Positions 18,817 to 28,044 of a DNA stretch of 64,000 nt are shown here, piece after piece. A model generated the notes under the pieces. The model was not told the origin of the DNA. It worked only from the letters and a program-made list of their open reading frames with translations, and ran no database searches. Position 1 is the stretch's first letter. Each line of letters begins with the position of its first letter. Source of the stretch: an uncultured virus (IMG/VR IMGVR_UViG_3300025844_000015) (taxonomy: Duplodnaviria; Heunggongvirae; Uroviricota; Caudoviricetes); the IMG/VR virus record IMGVR_UViG_3300025844_000015, positions 1-64,000 of that record; one strand, written 5' to 3'. The position numbers were made by a program, and so were the translations under genes.

Positions 18817-19767
18817 CTAAAATTCAATGAGTTCGTCCGCTAGTGTGTTTCTGCTGTTCGGCACAGCTTCGCCAATGGCATCTAATATGTTTTTAATGGG
18901 CTGGTCTACCAGAGATTTTATCTGGCGGTTTCTGTCAACATATGGAAGGAAATCTGTTAACCAATCTGGTCTAATTGTCATATCCGTTGGTAGTGCTATA
19001 GCATTAAACATTCCAAAGTTTTTCTTCTTGAGAAAATAAAACTTTTTAACTTTATCTCCGGATCGGATAGGATACGATTCATGGTCCTCATAAGTTTTTA
19101 GGCACTCATTGTAAAGAATGGAAGCCCGGACCATGTGATACACTTTCTTCGGATCAGTTTTGAATACCTGCGTACCCTCTTCGACATCGTTGACGCCGGA
19201 AGGAACCCCTATGTCAAAAATGTCCCCATCCCGCAAAGAATTCTTGTAGTCTACAATGTCCCTTTTGATAACAATCCAACTTTCTCCCTTAAGAAATCTT
19301 TCGAAAAAATCCGTTAGTTTAATTCTAATGGCTTTGGGAATATTTGTCTTCTTGATCTGAAGACCCATGACTTTCATTTTGTCAACCTCTTTACCATCTA
19401 ATTCAACCAAGTGTAAAATGTAATGTTTCTTTTTGACAAATATTCCCCGGTCAGAAACAATTTCTTTTTCTGCGACGATGTAGTTCTCTCTACCACCAGT
19501 GCAGTTAAAAGCCTTTTTCATGTATTGAGGATAACTCTTATTGACCTTCTTACAAATTGCATCAGATACAGCAGATACCTCTTCCGCCGTGATGTCCTCT
19601 TCGCCTAAACCGGAATAGAAATAAACGCTATTGTGGACTAAAATGTCATTTGCCATAAAATATGGAAAGGCCGCATCCTTCATGACAACATCATAAACAT
19701 ATTGTTCTTCCGGATTATCAATTTTTGTTATATTTTTAATTTTTGATCTTATAATCTTCTTATCCAA
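18817..19767 (-). CDS. Family B DNA polymerase C-terminal fragment preceded by split-intein C-half
   Basis: TTG start at 19767 with AAGGAG 8 nt upstream; YVYDVVM...FMANDILVHN|SVYF, then KKKHY and KVMGLQIKK PolB motifs. Confidence 0.92.
   Translation of the reverse strand: MDKKIIRSKIKNITKIDNPEEQYVYDVVMKDAAFPYFMANDILVHNSVYFYSGLGEEDITAEEVSAVSDAICKKVNKSYPQYMKKAFNCTGGRENYIVAEKEIVSDRGIFVKKKHYILHLVELDGKEVDKMKVMGLQIKKTNIPKAIRIKLTDFFERFLKGESWIVIKRDIVDYKNSLRDGDIFDIGVPSGVNDVEEGTQVFKTDPKKVYHMVRASILYNECLKTYEDHESYPIRSGDKVKKFYFLKKKNFGMFNAIALPTDMTIRPDWLTDFLPYVDRNRQIKSLVDQPIKNILDAIGEAVPNSRNTLADELIEF
19630..19767 (-). mobile_element. Split intein C-half (46 aa) of DNA polymerase
   Basis: Ends ILVHN with Ser as the +1 residue, restoring YGDTD|SVY. 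Confidence 0.9.
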
Positions 19768-19768
19768 T

Positions 19769-20155
19769 CTACAGTCTCCTTTTATCAGTATCACGGTTGA
19801 TAGTTATAAAAACATCATCATTTTTCAAGTCGTCGGGGGCTATTTCAATGAATTGACCGTCCCGCTCTACTACCAATGAGTGGTCTTCTGTCACTGTGAC
19901 AATTTTTCCACATTCCAACTCAATGCGAAATAGTGGTTTACTTATTTTGTGTCTGTATATCGTAAGAATTTCTTTATCAATTATTCTCTTAGTTTCTGGG
20001 TTGTAACATGGTGAATAATTGTTGTCTCCGTGCATCTTTATGATTTCTTTTTTGCCCTCCATATATGTACCGTATTTTGTCGAATGTTCTTTAAACCATT
20101 CTCCTACATTCTTAAATTCCCCATTGATTTCAATTACTGAAGATTCGACCACACT
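19769..20155 (-). mobile_element. Split intein N-half (128 aa, Ser1) at the YGDTD|S catalytic motif
   Basis: Ser1 at 20153-20155, block B motif VTEDHSLVV, stop at 19769. Confidence 0.9.
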
Positions 20156-21958
20156 ATCAGTATCACCATAAAGTATTGATTTTGAAGGATATTTGTACTC
20201 TCCGTCTAAAATAAGAGCTATTTTTTTAGCCATATGCAATAGGATGTTCTTACCGGTCTTGGTTGTGGATTCTGCGAGTCTAACATCGAAAAATCTGAAA
20301 TATTTGTTTCCGAATACCCCATAGAGAGAATTAAGCTGAATCTTTTTCAAGTATTGTATATTGTCGTAATACTCGGCTTCCTTCTTATATCGTTCTTCGT
20401 TGGTTTCTTGATGTTTCGCATAAGCGTCAACCTTTTTCTTTTGATATTCGATTCGCTCGTCGAACCACTTCGTCAAGATACAGGGTATGACCCCGTCTTT
20501 AGCCTGATCAAAAATTGTCCCATGGCCACTTATTGCCCAGTTACGCTTCTCTAGAGCATTTCTCCATTCTGAGGCAGTCATGGTCTCATCATTTCCATCT
20601 TCGTAGAGCAGGGTAAGATGTATATCTCCCGATTTTTCTTGAATGTATTCAAACGCTTTTTCGTTTTCGAAGAATTGACCTATTATTGTTTCGGGTGAAA
20701 TGTTGATGGCCCTCATACTAGATGGATATAGAGATTTAATGTCTACAGATGCAATCCATTCGTGTAGACCTATTTGTGGATCTAATACGAAAGCACCTTC
20801 AAACTTTGTACCATCATCAAATACATCATAAGGAGCATCCGGCAACACAAGCCTTTTGTCCTGCTCGTGTTTGCAGAAATTTAGAATAGCTGTGTCGGAC
20901 GTACTAGTTGTTCCCAAAACCGCTGGAATATTATTGGTTGTCATATGAGAAAAGTTCAAAGCTAGGTCCATATACTTGAACTTCAAGTCAAGATGTTTCA
21001 AAATGTCTGTATCTCGAATGTTGTATCGTAAAAACTCGTCAAAATCTTCGTGATACAATCTATACAGAGATTTGTCGTAACTCAACTTCTGAAACCCATC
21101 TAGAGATTCTTCAGCAACGGATTCCAAAGAATAAGAATCACGTTCGCTCGCATCAAATTTCTTAACCATCTCCATGAAGTCTATCCAAATTCTCCCATGA
21201 GGTTTAACCACCATTTCCATTGTGCCGAATTTCTCGCGTTCGTCCACACGAACATCCAAATCGGACTCTGGAAAGTTCATCAACCTCGTATATTTTTTAC
21301 CCAAGACTTTCATGGTTCTACTATAGATGTATGGGTCATCGAACCAGTCACTGTTCCAACCGCTAACGACATCACTGTCTTCTATCTCTTGATAAAAACG
21401 CGTCAACAATTCTTTTTCGTTAGATAGTAATTCAATCTTGGAATGATCAAATAAGTCTCTAGGAAGTTCGTCTAGTTGGACCTTAGACCATTCGCCCGTC
21501 TTCGGTCTTAATGCAAGGACGATAGATTCGTCAGTGTGTTTATGGTATAGAGCGATAGAACTTATTCTAGCATACGGGTTGTCGGGTCTAGAATGACCCC
21601 TCTCTGGGTCGTAATCAACCTCAATGTCATAGAAAGTTACATGAAGATCCCCGTCAAGGGGACTATTGTAATAGTTGTCACTCAAAACTTTGAGTTCGGG
21701 AGAAATATCAGATTCGTATATCTTTATTTCCGCTTCTCTCAATCTCTTCCTGCCGCCATAGAAATCATAATGGCTCGTAAACTCTATCTTTTCTAGTTTT
21801 TTTCCTGTAACGGAATAACATTCTTGGTCAGAATCTTCGTTCTCTACAAAAAATTCATATGGGGCATCGTAATATACAGCGACCCTCTTACCGTCTGGGC
21901 CTCTTTCCCAAACAATAACGTTTTTTCGGTCTTCTGTTAGTTGCGTAGAAAGATACAT
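19769..21958 (-). CDS. Family B DNA polymerase N-terminal fragment + split-intein N-half
   Basis: Exonuclease motifs FYDIEV, GWNSDWFD and YNIRD; DIKSLYPS; KIQLNSLYG; YGDTD then intein SVVESS...TVTEDHSL. Confidence 0.95.
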   Translation of the reverse strand: MYLSTQLTEDRKNVIVWERGPDGKRVAVYYDAPYEFFVENEDSDQECYSVTGKKLEKIEFTSHYDFYGGRKRLREAEIKIYESDISPELKVLSDNYYNSPLDGDLHVTFYDIEVDYDPERGHSRPDNPYARISSIALYHKHTDESIVLALRPKTGEWSKVQLDELPRDLFDHSKIELLSNEKELLTRFYQEIEDSDVVSGWNSDWFDDPYIYSRTMKVLGKKYTRLMNFPESDLDVRVDEREKFGTMEMVVKPHGRIWIDFMEMVKKFDASERDSYSLESVAEESLDGFQKLSYDKSLYRLYHEDFDEFLRYNIRDTDILKHLDLKFKYMDLALNFSHMTTNNIPAVLGTTSTSDTAILNFCKHEQDKRLVLPDAPYDVFDDGTKFEGAFVLDPQIGLHEWIASVDIKSLYPSSMRAINISPETIIGQFFENEKAFEYIQEKSGDIHLTLLYEDGNDETMTASEWRNALEKRNWAISGHGTIFDQAKDGVIPCILTKWFDERIEYQKKKVDAYAKHQETNEERYKKEAEYYDNIQYLKKIQLNSLYGVFGNKYFRFFDVRLAESTTKTGKNILLHMAKKIALILDGEYKYPSKSILYGDTDSVVESSVIEINGEFKNVGEWFKEHSTKYGTYMEGKKEIIKMHGDNNYSPCYNPETKRIIDKEILTIYRHKISKPLFRIELECGKIVTVTEDHSLVVERDGQFIEIAPDDLKNDDVFITINRDTDKRRL

Positions 21959-22019
21959 ATAACTAATTTCACCTTTTGTCTCTTCGAGGCATGTAGTTAA
22001 ACATCTTGGGGCAAAAAGA

Positions 22020-22640
22020 TCAATCCCAATTTGAAGGGTTTAAATCGTAATCGTCTTTATTGAATTGAAAGTCCCCGGTGCTTCGTATCTGAAAATGTAC
22101 TTGCGTGAGGCTTCCGAATGATACTTCTCCCACGTGGTAAACAAAATTTGGAGCAGACGGAAAAATAACTAATGTACCCCTCTCTGGACGAAAGTTGATA
22201 TCAAAGTTGGGGAAATTTAGGTTCCCCCCATATACTTCAAAGAAAGGATCAAAATCTCCTTTGTCATTATAGTCGTTTAACCACAGTATTCCTGTAAAGT
22301 CAATAAGGTTTGATTTTTTCCAACCACCATTTTTTTGGTATTGATATGCGTCTACTATAGCTTCAGCTTTCTTATATTTGGTTGGATACCATTCAAACAT
22401 CAATTGGTGTGTTCCCAGATATGTTGTATCGAAGTTTTCTTCTAAACTTGTCACCACTCCGTCAAACATCCTCATGATTCTTGTCGTGTTCAGGTTATTG
22501 TGGAAAATGCTCTTCCTAGGAGATCCGTCTTGTCCTATAATAGGATATGTGTTACGAACCCTCAAATCTTCTATGATTTGTTCACATGCTAGAGGGTTCA
22601 AGAATTCACGTAAAATAAGAAATGGTTTTTTCTTTTCCAT
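22020..22640 (-). CDS. 2OG-Fe(II) oxygenase-fold protein (prolyl-4-hydroxylase-like), possibly degenerate
   Basis: FLNPLACEQI, ILWLNDY...GGNLNFP...PERGTLVIFPS...HVGEV. The expected HxD reads IVD. Confidence 0.7.
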   Translation of the reverse strand: MEKKKPFLILREFLNPLACEQIIEDLRVRNTYPIIGQDGSPRKSIFHNNLNTTRIMRMFDGVVTSLEENFDTTYLGTHQLMFEWYPTKYKKAEAIVDAYQYQKNGGWKKSNLIDFTGILWLNDYNDKGDFDPFFEVYGGNLNFPNFDINFRPERGTLVIFPSAPNFVYHVGEVSFGSLTQVHFQIRSTGDFQFNKDDYDLNPSNWD

Positions 22641-22697
22641 TGAGACTATAATGTATTGTTTTTATGATGTTATTTATGACACACGAAAAAGTGTGTA

Positions 22698-23561
22698 TCA
22701 ATGTTCCTTTGCGATGATGATTTGTTCTGTGGGGTATTCGTCACTAGTCGTAACAATCGTAAACTTTTCGGAAACCCGTTGTCCATCACGCTTAAAATAC
22801 AGATTTGTTTTCACACTACCATTTTCTTTACATATTCCAGCAAAAAACTTTTTGTCTCGGAAAGTAACATTCCCCATGATACAAGAATCATCCGATTTAA
22901 CTTCATCATATTCTGTAACAACCAATAGATTTTGTTCTCCTAGTGTAGCAGTCTCTATCGTTTCAAATAGTTCTATTTCAACAAATCCCTCATCAGAAGA
23001 ATCTTTCTCTATTCTTGATTCTACTATTGATACGTCTTGGACGCTCTCAGAGACGCTCTGGGGCTCTGATAGACCCAAAGCCTTGTCTATGGCCGCATAG
23101 AAACTTTCAGGCTTTGTATGCACCGCTATGCCTTTTTTATAACATACAATATCAACATTACCTTTACGGTGGTAGCCTTCCGGACAAAAAACAATTATAT
23201 GTTCTGGTGGTTTGATTTCGGACAACTTCCCCAGTTCCATTAGGGTTATGGGGGCTTTGCTGTCTTTTGTGAAATAAACAACCGCAATATCACAGTTGTC
23301 TATATGTGACAGTTCCCAAGACACCTGTTCAAAAAATTTAGAATTGTTTATGTCTTGCTTCCAAGTTTCATCCCAGTCATTCCGACGGGGGTTGAACACC
23401 CCAATAGATGTTGTACTTTCGTCTTTTTTAGACTCTAGATGTTTTACTACTTCTGTTTGCCAATCCACCGCTGAACCCATATCGATAGCGCCAGCCAGAA
23501 ATATGGTAAAGTCGAATTGGTCCAAAACTCTTTTTGGGGGTTTAATCTCCGTTACGTTCAT
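22698..23561 (-). CDS. Nucleoside 2-deoxyribosyltransferase-like protein with C-terminal extension
   Basis: IFLAGAI...WQ...FNPRR..W...QVSWEL...APITLMELG...RKGNVDIVC. Confidence 0.85.
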   Translation of the reverse strand: MNVTEIKPPKRVLDQFDFTIFLAGAIDMGSAVDWQTEVVKHLESKKDESTTSIGVFNPRRNDWDETWKQDINNSKFFEQVSWELSHIDNCDIAVVYFTKDSKAPITLMELGKLSEIKPPEHIIVFCPEGYHRKGNVDIVCYKKGIAVHTKPESFYAAIDKALGLSEPQSVSESVQDVSIVESRIEKDSSDEGFVEIELFETIETATLGEQNLLVVTEYDEVKSDDSCIMGNVTFRDKKFFAGICKENGSVKTNLYFKRDGQRVSEKFTIVTTSDEYPTEQIIIAKEH

Positions 23562-23948
23562 TTATGCCTCTCCACGCATTCTTTTGTTTAGCCTTTGAAC
23601 TGTCTTGGATGGTGCCCTTCTCTTCGCAAGTTGGGTCTTTCTGACTCTTTCTCCCTTTCTCATTCGTGAAGATTTTTTACCGGCTCGCACCTGCTTTGGG
23701 TCTTTTCGCATTCCGCATTTTTGTGGGTTTTTTACGAGTCTACCCTTTCTAGGCCCAGTCATACAACGGTATTGGCGGTCAAACTTGTTACCATAGCGTT
23801 TAAACTGTCGAGTGACTGTTCTCTTGGAACGCTTAACCGGTATTTCGGGAATCAGTGAACCATCTTCGAATAGTTCGTTTTCCTCAAACAGTTCAAACTC
23901 ATCTTCTATCATTTCGAGAACATATTCGAGAACATATTCGATTCTCAT
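23562..23948 (-). CDS. Hypothetical protein, acidic N-terminus and very basic C-terminus
   Basis: YRCMTGPRKGRLVKNPQKC; ATGA overlap with the upstream gene. Confidence 0.8.
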   Translation of the reverse strand: MRIEYVLEYVLEMIEDEFELFEENELFEDGSLIPEIPVKRSKRTVTRQFKRYGNKFDRQYRCMTGPRKGRLVKNPQKCGMRKDPKQVRAGKKSSRMRKGERVRKTQLAKRRAPSKTVQRLNKRMRGEA

Positions 23949-25237
23949 CTTTGTTCTCTCCTATTGTGTATCGTTTGAGGTGCATTGTCATCTCCCTCTT
24001 CTTTCTCTCTTCGCTCTTCTTCTTCGCGCTCTTCTTTTTCTTTCTGATTTCGATGTGCCACAAGCCTTCTGTCAGAGGTGATACTCTGAAGCCTCAAACG
24101 TCTTTCCGCCGGGTCTTCGATCTGTTGGGCTTGTCGCCTTTTCACCCTCATGGTCATTTCGTTTTCCAAATCGTCTAGTTCTAATAGGGTGCCCAAAAAC
24201 GATCCACCTTCAGAGACACTGCTTAATTTGTGACGGGCCAACTCCGCCATCTTTTTGGCGTCCTTTTCTCTCTCTTTCTGTGCCTCCATTTCTCGTTCCA
24301 TTTTGGCAAGTTCGGTCTGTTTTGCCATCTCTTCTTTTGCGGCCATTGCAGTGTATTCAGCTTGCAACGCGCGAGATTTTTCGGCTTCTGCTTCTGCCTG
24401 TGCTGCTTGTGCTTCTGCTTGTTTAGTCAACATCTGGACAATATTTTTCAGTAGACCGCTGGCACCGCCCTCGTCTTCTTCCTCATCACCAAACTCAACA
24501 CCCAAATCTTCTTCCTCTGGAAGTTCACTGTCTTCCGGTGTTTCGTCGTCGCCGTCACCAAGATCATCCATCCCGCCAGCATCGCCGTCTGTGTCATCCA
24601 TGCCGTCCATATTGAATTCTTCATCATCAGAAAAATCGGCGTCGTCTTTCTGGAATTCTTCTTCACCGAACTCTGCATCTTCTGGATCAGAAACCTTGTC
24701 CGCATTGTAAACTTTATTAGTGGGTATTTCGGGAAACTCTACTGTGATGATATCAAACTGTTGTTTGAGGTTATATAGAACTTCTGCTATGGAAACTTCT
24801 CTTCCATAACCACCCCTGCCTGTCATCTTGTAATTTTCAAGCTCACCCAACTCTTGTGCTAAAGCAACCTCAAACTTTTCGGCCTGATCTCCTCTAACGG
24901 TAATTTTCATCAAGTTTCCGTCGTCGTCTTCTACCCCGTAAGTGGATGTATTGTTGTCTTCCATTCTACCCTGATTTCGAATACCACTAAGTTTAGAATA
25001 TACTTGATCCAAAGATACGTTTTCTTTTAGCTTTTTAGGGAAAGGTCTACTAGAATCGACAAGTTTCATGTTTGCTTTGTTCTTGAGACGAGAGTTAAAT
25101 TTTTCCATAAAGTCTAAAAAACTCCCACCCCTACGTTGGGTTGGGAAATCGTCTTTCGCGCCGTCTGTTCTTACGGCTATGGAGTGTGCTCCCACAGAAC
25201 CGCTTGCTGCCGTTTCTTCTACTGTTTTTTTATACAT
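23945..25237 (-). CDS. Acidic/coiled-coil late protein (possible head internal or scaffold protein)
   Basis: D/E-rich central tract and Ala/Glu coiled coil; TAAATA at 25269-25274. Confidence 0.65.
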   Translation of the reverse strand: MYKKTVEETAASGSVGAHSIAVRTDGAKDDFPTQRRGGSFLDFMEKFNSRLKNKANMKLVDSSRPFPKKLKENVSLDQVYSKLSGIRNQGRMEDNNTSTYGVEDDDGNLMKITVRGDQAEKFEVALAQELGELENYKMTGRGGYGREVSIAEVLYNLKQQFDIITVEFPEIPTNKVYNADKVSDPEDAEFGEEEFQKDDADFSDDEEFNMDGMDDTDGDAGGMDDLGDGDDETPEDSELPEEEDLGVEFGDEEEDEGGASGLLKNIVQMLTKQAEAQAAQAEAEAEKSRALQAEYTAMAAKEEMAKQTELAKMEREMEAQKEREKDAKKMAELARHKLSSVSEGGSFLGTLLELDDLENEMTMRVKRRQAQQIEDPAERRLRLQSITSDRRLVAHRNQKEKEEREEEERREKEEGDDNAPQTIHNRREQR

Positions 25238-25271
25238 AATCTGGTTAAACCATTGCTATTCATTGAATTAT

Positions 25272-25742
25272 TTATAAGAACTGGTCGTCTTCGGTCAAAA
25301 GTCTAAACCTTATATTGCGTTGCTTGCACCAATGTTCTGCCGCTTCCCACTTCAAACGATTGACCATAAGAGTATATTCTTCGTTTGCCCGCTGTAACGG
25401 TTTTCTAGCTCTTGATTTTTGTGTTTGTTTTTTAGGCTTGATTTCAATCAATTCCCTGCGAATCTCGCCCATTTCATCACTAATCACAACGAACAAATCC
25501 GGAAGATATATGGAATCTACCAACATTCCGGTTGTGGGACTAGGCTTGCGGTATGGTATAGCGATTTCTTCAGACGCCCACTTGATTATGTAAGGGTTAT
25601 TGTCGCAGAACTTGAATGCTTCTTGTTCCCACGAAGATCGAAAGAAAATTTGATTTGGGTCTCCTAGATATTTTTCTGGGTTTTTTGGTTGAAACTGGCC
25701 TTCAGCCCACCGCCCACCAGATGTGGGTCTATGCTTAGGCAT
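25272..25742 (-). CDS. Head completion nuclease (T4 gp4-like, TnsA-type)
   Basis: PKNPEKYLGD..IFFRSSWE...WASEE..IPY...YLPD...IEIKP...KWEAA..WC. Confidence 0.9.
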   Translation of the reverse strand: MPKHRPTSGGRWAEGQFQPKNPEKYLGDPNQIFFRSSWEQEAFKFCDNNPYIIKWASEEIAIPYRKPSPTTGMLVDSIYLPDLFVVISDEMGEIRRELIEIKPKKQTQKSRARKPLQRANEEYTLMVNRLKWEAAEHWCKQRNIRFRLLTEDDQFL

Positions 25743-25744
25743 TG

Positions 25745-26026
25745 TTATTCCTCTATCTTACCCATGATATCGCCAAACTTAAGCATGAGGAATTCGTTTC
25801 TTTCATGTTCTATACGCAACCCCGTACCCCTAGGGAAAAACACTCGGTCTCCCAGCTTAAGCGGAATACTCTCAACAACCCCGTGAGGGTTTCGGAATCC
25901 GGGACCCACTGCTTTGACGGTCCCGGTGTTACTATTGCCCGATCCACCGAGCAAAATTATCCCAGACTTTCTTTTTTCGGCTTCTTCGATTTCGACAAAC
26001 ACCTCGTCTCTTAGTGGTTTAAGCAT
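25745..26026 (-). CDS. groES: Co-chaperonin GroES
   Basis: LKPLRDEVFV...SGIILL...GTVKAVGPG...LKLGDRVFF; 93 aa; AGGAG RBS. Confidence 0.9.
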   Translation of the reverse strand: MLKPLRDEVFVEIEEAEKRKSGIILLGGSGNSNTGTVKAVGPGFRNPHGVVESIPLKLGDRVFFPRGTGLRIEHERNEFLMLKFGDIMGKIEE

Positions 26027-26082
26027 AATATCTACTCCTTATATTGGCAGACATATTTATGGTATGATTTTAGTTTTGAAAC

Positions 26083-26712
26083 TTAAAGGTGTGTAACTTT
26101 GTATCCGTCGTAAACAAAAGCAATATTGATTAAGGATACGTCAGATGCAGACATATCAAGTTCGTCTGCTATAATGTTTGTTATTTTGGGATTAAAAAAT
26201 TCGTATTGTGTTTTCTTATCTCCACCATTCGACACGTGCCATAGTGTTATAGTTTTTATAATGCCCAATTCACTACCGTTTTGTAGTGCTTGAACAGTAG
26301 TAAGACCTCTTACACTATCAGCGTTGTTAGCGTCGGCTAGAGGACTGATGGCTTTCATGTAGCTGTCGACCAATTCATGACTTCTGTTGCTGGAATCATC
26401 ATACAGAGTAACGTTCAGGACCGAAAAATCGGTTTTAGTAGCAACTTTAGTCCTATACCCATAATAGTTAACATCTTTGTAATTGATGATAGGGGTGATT
26501 CTACCTGCTGTCTTTACTGGTAGATAATTTGATTCTATTGACAATTCACCCAAAGACTCGGCATTGGGAGGAGAATTTTGACGAAATTGAAATTTGATAA
26601 AAAAGTTAAATTTTAGTTTTGGGGCTTCGCTAGAGGCAAATTTATCTGCGACTCTTGGTCCGGGAGCGCTTCCGTTTGTGTATAAAAGCGGGCCTGTTAT
26701 TATACCAGTCAT
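26083..26712 (-). CDS. Tail tube-like protein (second tube-fold protein)
   Basis: PKLKFNFFIKF...VNYYG...VTLYDD...ELD.S...IAFVYD pattern parallels the gp19 fold; near the tube gene. Confidence 0.65.
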   Translation of the reverse strand: MTGIITGPLLYTNGSAPGPRVADKFASSEAPKLKFNFFIKFQFRQNSPPNAESLGELSIESNYLPVKTAGRITPIINYKDVNYYGYRTKVATKTDFSVLNVTLYDDSSNRSHELVDSYMKAISPLADANNADSVRGLTTVQALQNGSELGIIKTITLWHVSNGGDKKTQYEFFNPKITNIIADELDMSASDVSLINIAFVYDGYKVTHL

Positions 26713-27260
26713 TATCTAATCACCAGTCTCTCTTTCGAAATTTTTAATGTTCTAACACTTTTTCTGAGAAAAGAAAGAACATCTTCATTGTTCTTTCTCA
26801 GGAATGTGCCGGAATTGACTTGATCAAACACTTCTACCAATCTAGTCTTAGTATTTTCATGTAGGTCTTTTTTATAGATGCTCAATTCAGATACAAGGTT
26901 TCCAATTCCCAAACTTTCCGAAACGAATCTGATCTTATCATCGGTTGTTTTCGCAAAATCCAAAGCTTTTACGCTAGCATATTGGGGAATTCGATCAAAC
27001 AACAACACACTATTTAGATTTTTCCCCTTTTTTGATAAAGATACCAATTCTAGGAAGATAAGCCCCCTAGAGACCCTACCGCCGCCATAGTCTTTCTGCA
27101 AATCTGCGTAACTAAGGTCTATTTGTTGTTCAGGCTCGACGACAAAACTAGGACCGAAATCATTCACTAAAAAGGTTTGTGATTGTTGACTCAAGACTTC
27201 TCTGGCTTCATCGAAGTTACCTTGACGTATAGCGTATTGCACTCTAGCTAGGATTTTCAT
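26712..27260 (-). CDS. Hypothetical protein
   Basis: Start moved to the ATG at 27260 (MKILARV) because the longer start lies beyond a terminator; TAAATA at 27284-27289. Confidence 0.7.
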   Translation of the reverse strand: MKILARVQYAIRQGNFDEAREVLSQQSQTFLVNDFGPSFVVEPEQQIDLSYADLQKDYGGGRVSRGLIFLELVSLSKKGKNLNSVLLFDRIPQYASVKALDFAKTTDDKIRFVSESLGIGNLVSELSIYKKDLHENTKTRLVEVFDQVNSGTFLRKNNEDVLSFLRKSVRTLKISKERLVIR

Positions 27261-27291
27261 GTAAAGATACCACACCTTTATTTTATTTATA

Positions 27292-27321
27292 AAAAAAGGC
27301 CACATTTTTGTGGCCTTTTTT
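27292..27321. terminator. Rho-independent terminator after the tail tube gene
   Basis: AAAAAAGGCCACA-tttt-TGTGGCCTTTTTT. Confidence 0.85.
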
Positions 27322-27348
27322 GTATTTTTCAATTGAGCTTTATATACT

Positions 27349-27948
27349 TTAAGCAGCGCCGCCTAGGGCAGACTTCGCTCTTCCACGGACTACCAAGTAT
27401 GCATGGTCATAACGAACCGTCAGAGTGGTTTTAATTGTTTCAGACGCCTGATAATCTAGGTCCCCAAAATCAACATTGTTTAAAGCACACCCTTCAAGAA
27501 ACCATTCTTCCAAAATTGCAGTTCCACCCGCGTTTGGGTGAGAACCATTCAACAATTGCATTATCATGGAAAACTTGTAGTCAGATCCTGCTTCTGCTTG
27601 GCCCAGATACAAACCACGATCCGGACCAATAAGTTTTTGCTGTACTTCCATTTGTCTCTGGATGCCCAAATGACATCTTCCACCCATATCTGGCTCTATT
27701 ACGACCGTGATAGGCTGGAAGGTATACTTTCCTTGTAGAAATGCACGAGAGTTATATCTATCTAATTGAATTTCTTCGTATTCTACTTTTGGTCTATCAG
27801 CCGTGATGGCCATTGATGTAACCGCTCTTACGCCATCCCCATCCTGACCTCTCAAATTCATTTGAATTCTCCAGCGATTTTTATATAGAGGTTGTGAAAT
27901 ACCTTCTCCTAGGTCACCGGGGATTCCCATATCAGCGATTGTTGCCAT
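27349..27948 (-). CDS. Tail tube protein (gp19-like)
   Basis: QPLYKNRWRI...RPKVEYEEI...YNSR..LQGK...EEWFLEGC...GDLDY...LTVRYD; AGGAG RBS; TAAATA at 27984-27989. Confidence 0.85.
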   Translation of the reverse strand: MATIADMGIPGDLGEGISQPLYKNRWRIQMNLRGQDGDGVRAVTSMAITADRPKVEYEEIQLDRYNSRAFLQGKYTFQPITVVIEPDMGGRCHLGIQRQMEVQQKLIGPDRGLYLGQAEAGSDYKFSMIMQLLNGSHPNAGGTAILEEWFLEGCALNNVDFGDLDYQASETIKTTLTVRYDHAYLVVRGRAKSALGGAA

Positions 27949-28044
27949 ACTCTTTAACTCCTAAGTATTTTAGTGTTCATCATTATTTATCGATTCTGAT
28001 ACTTTTTATTCTATAAATATCTTCGATCACATAAGGATAAACAC

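Noticed and set aside
22378..23100. 240-aa + strand ORF and the many other antisense ORFs in the track (e.g. 45967-46686, 32309-32848)
   Set aside because: Shadow ORFs opposite well-supported genes, with Ser/Phe/Ile-skewed composition and no motifs.
27261..27332. N-terminal extension of ORF 26712-27332
   Set aside because: Spans the tail tube terminator and a late promoter.
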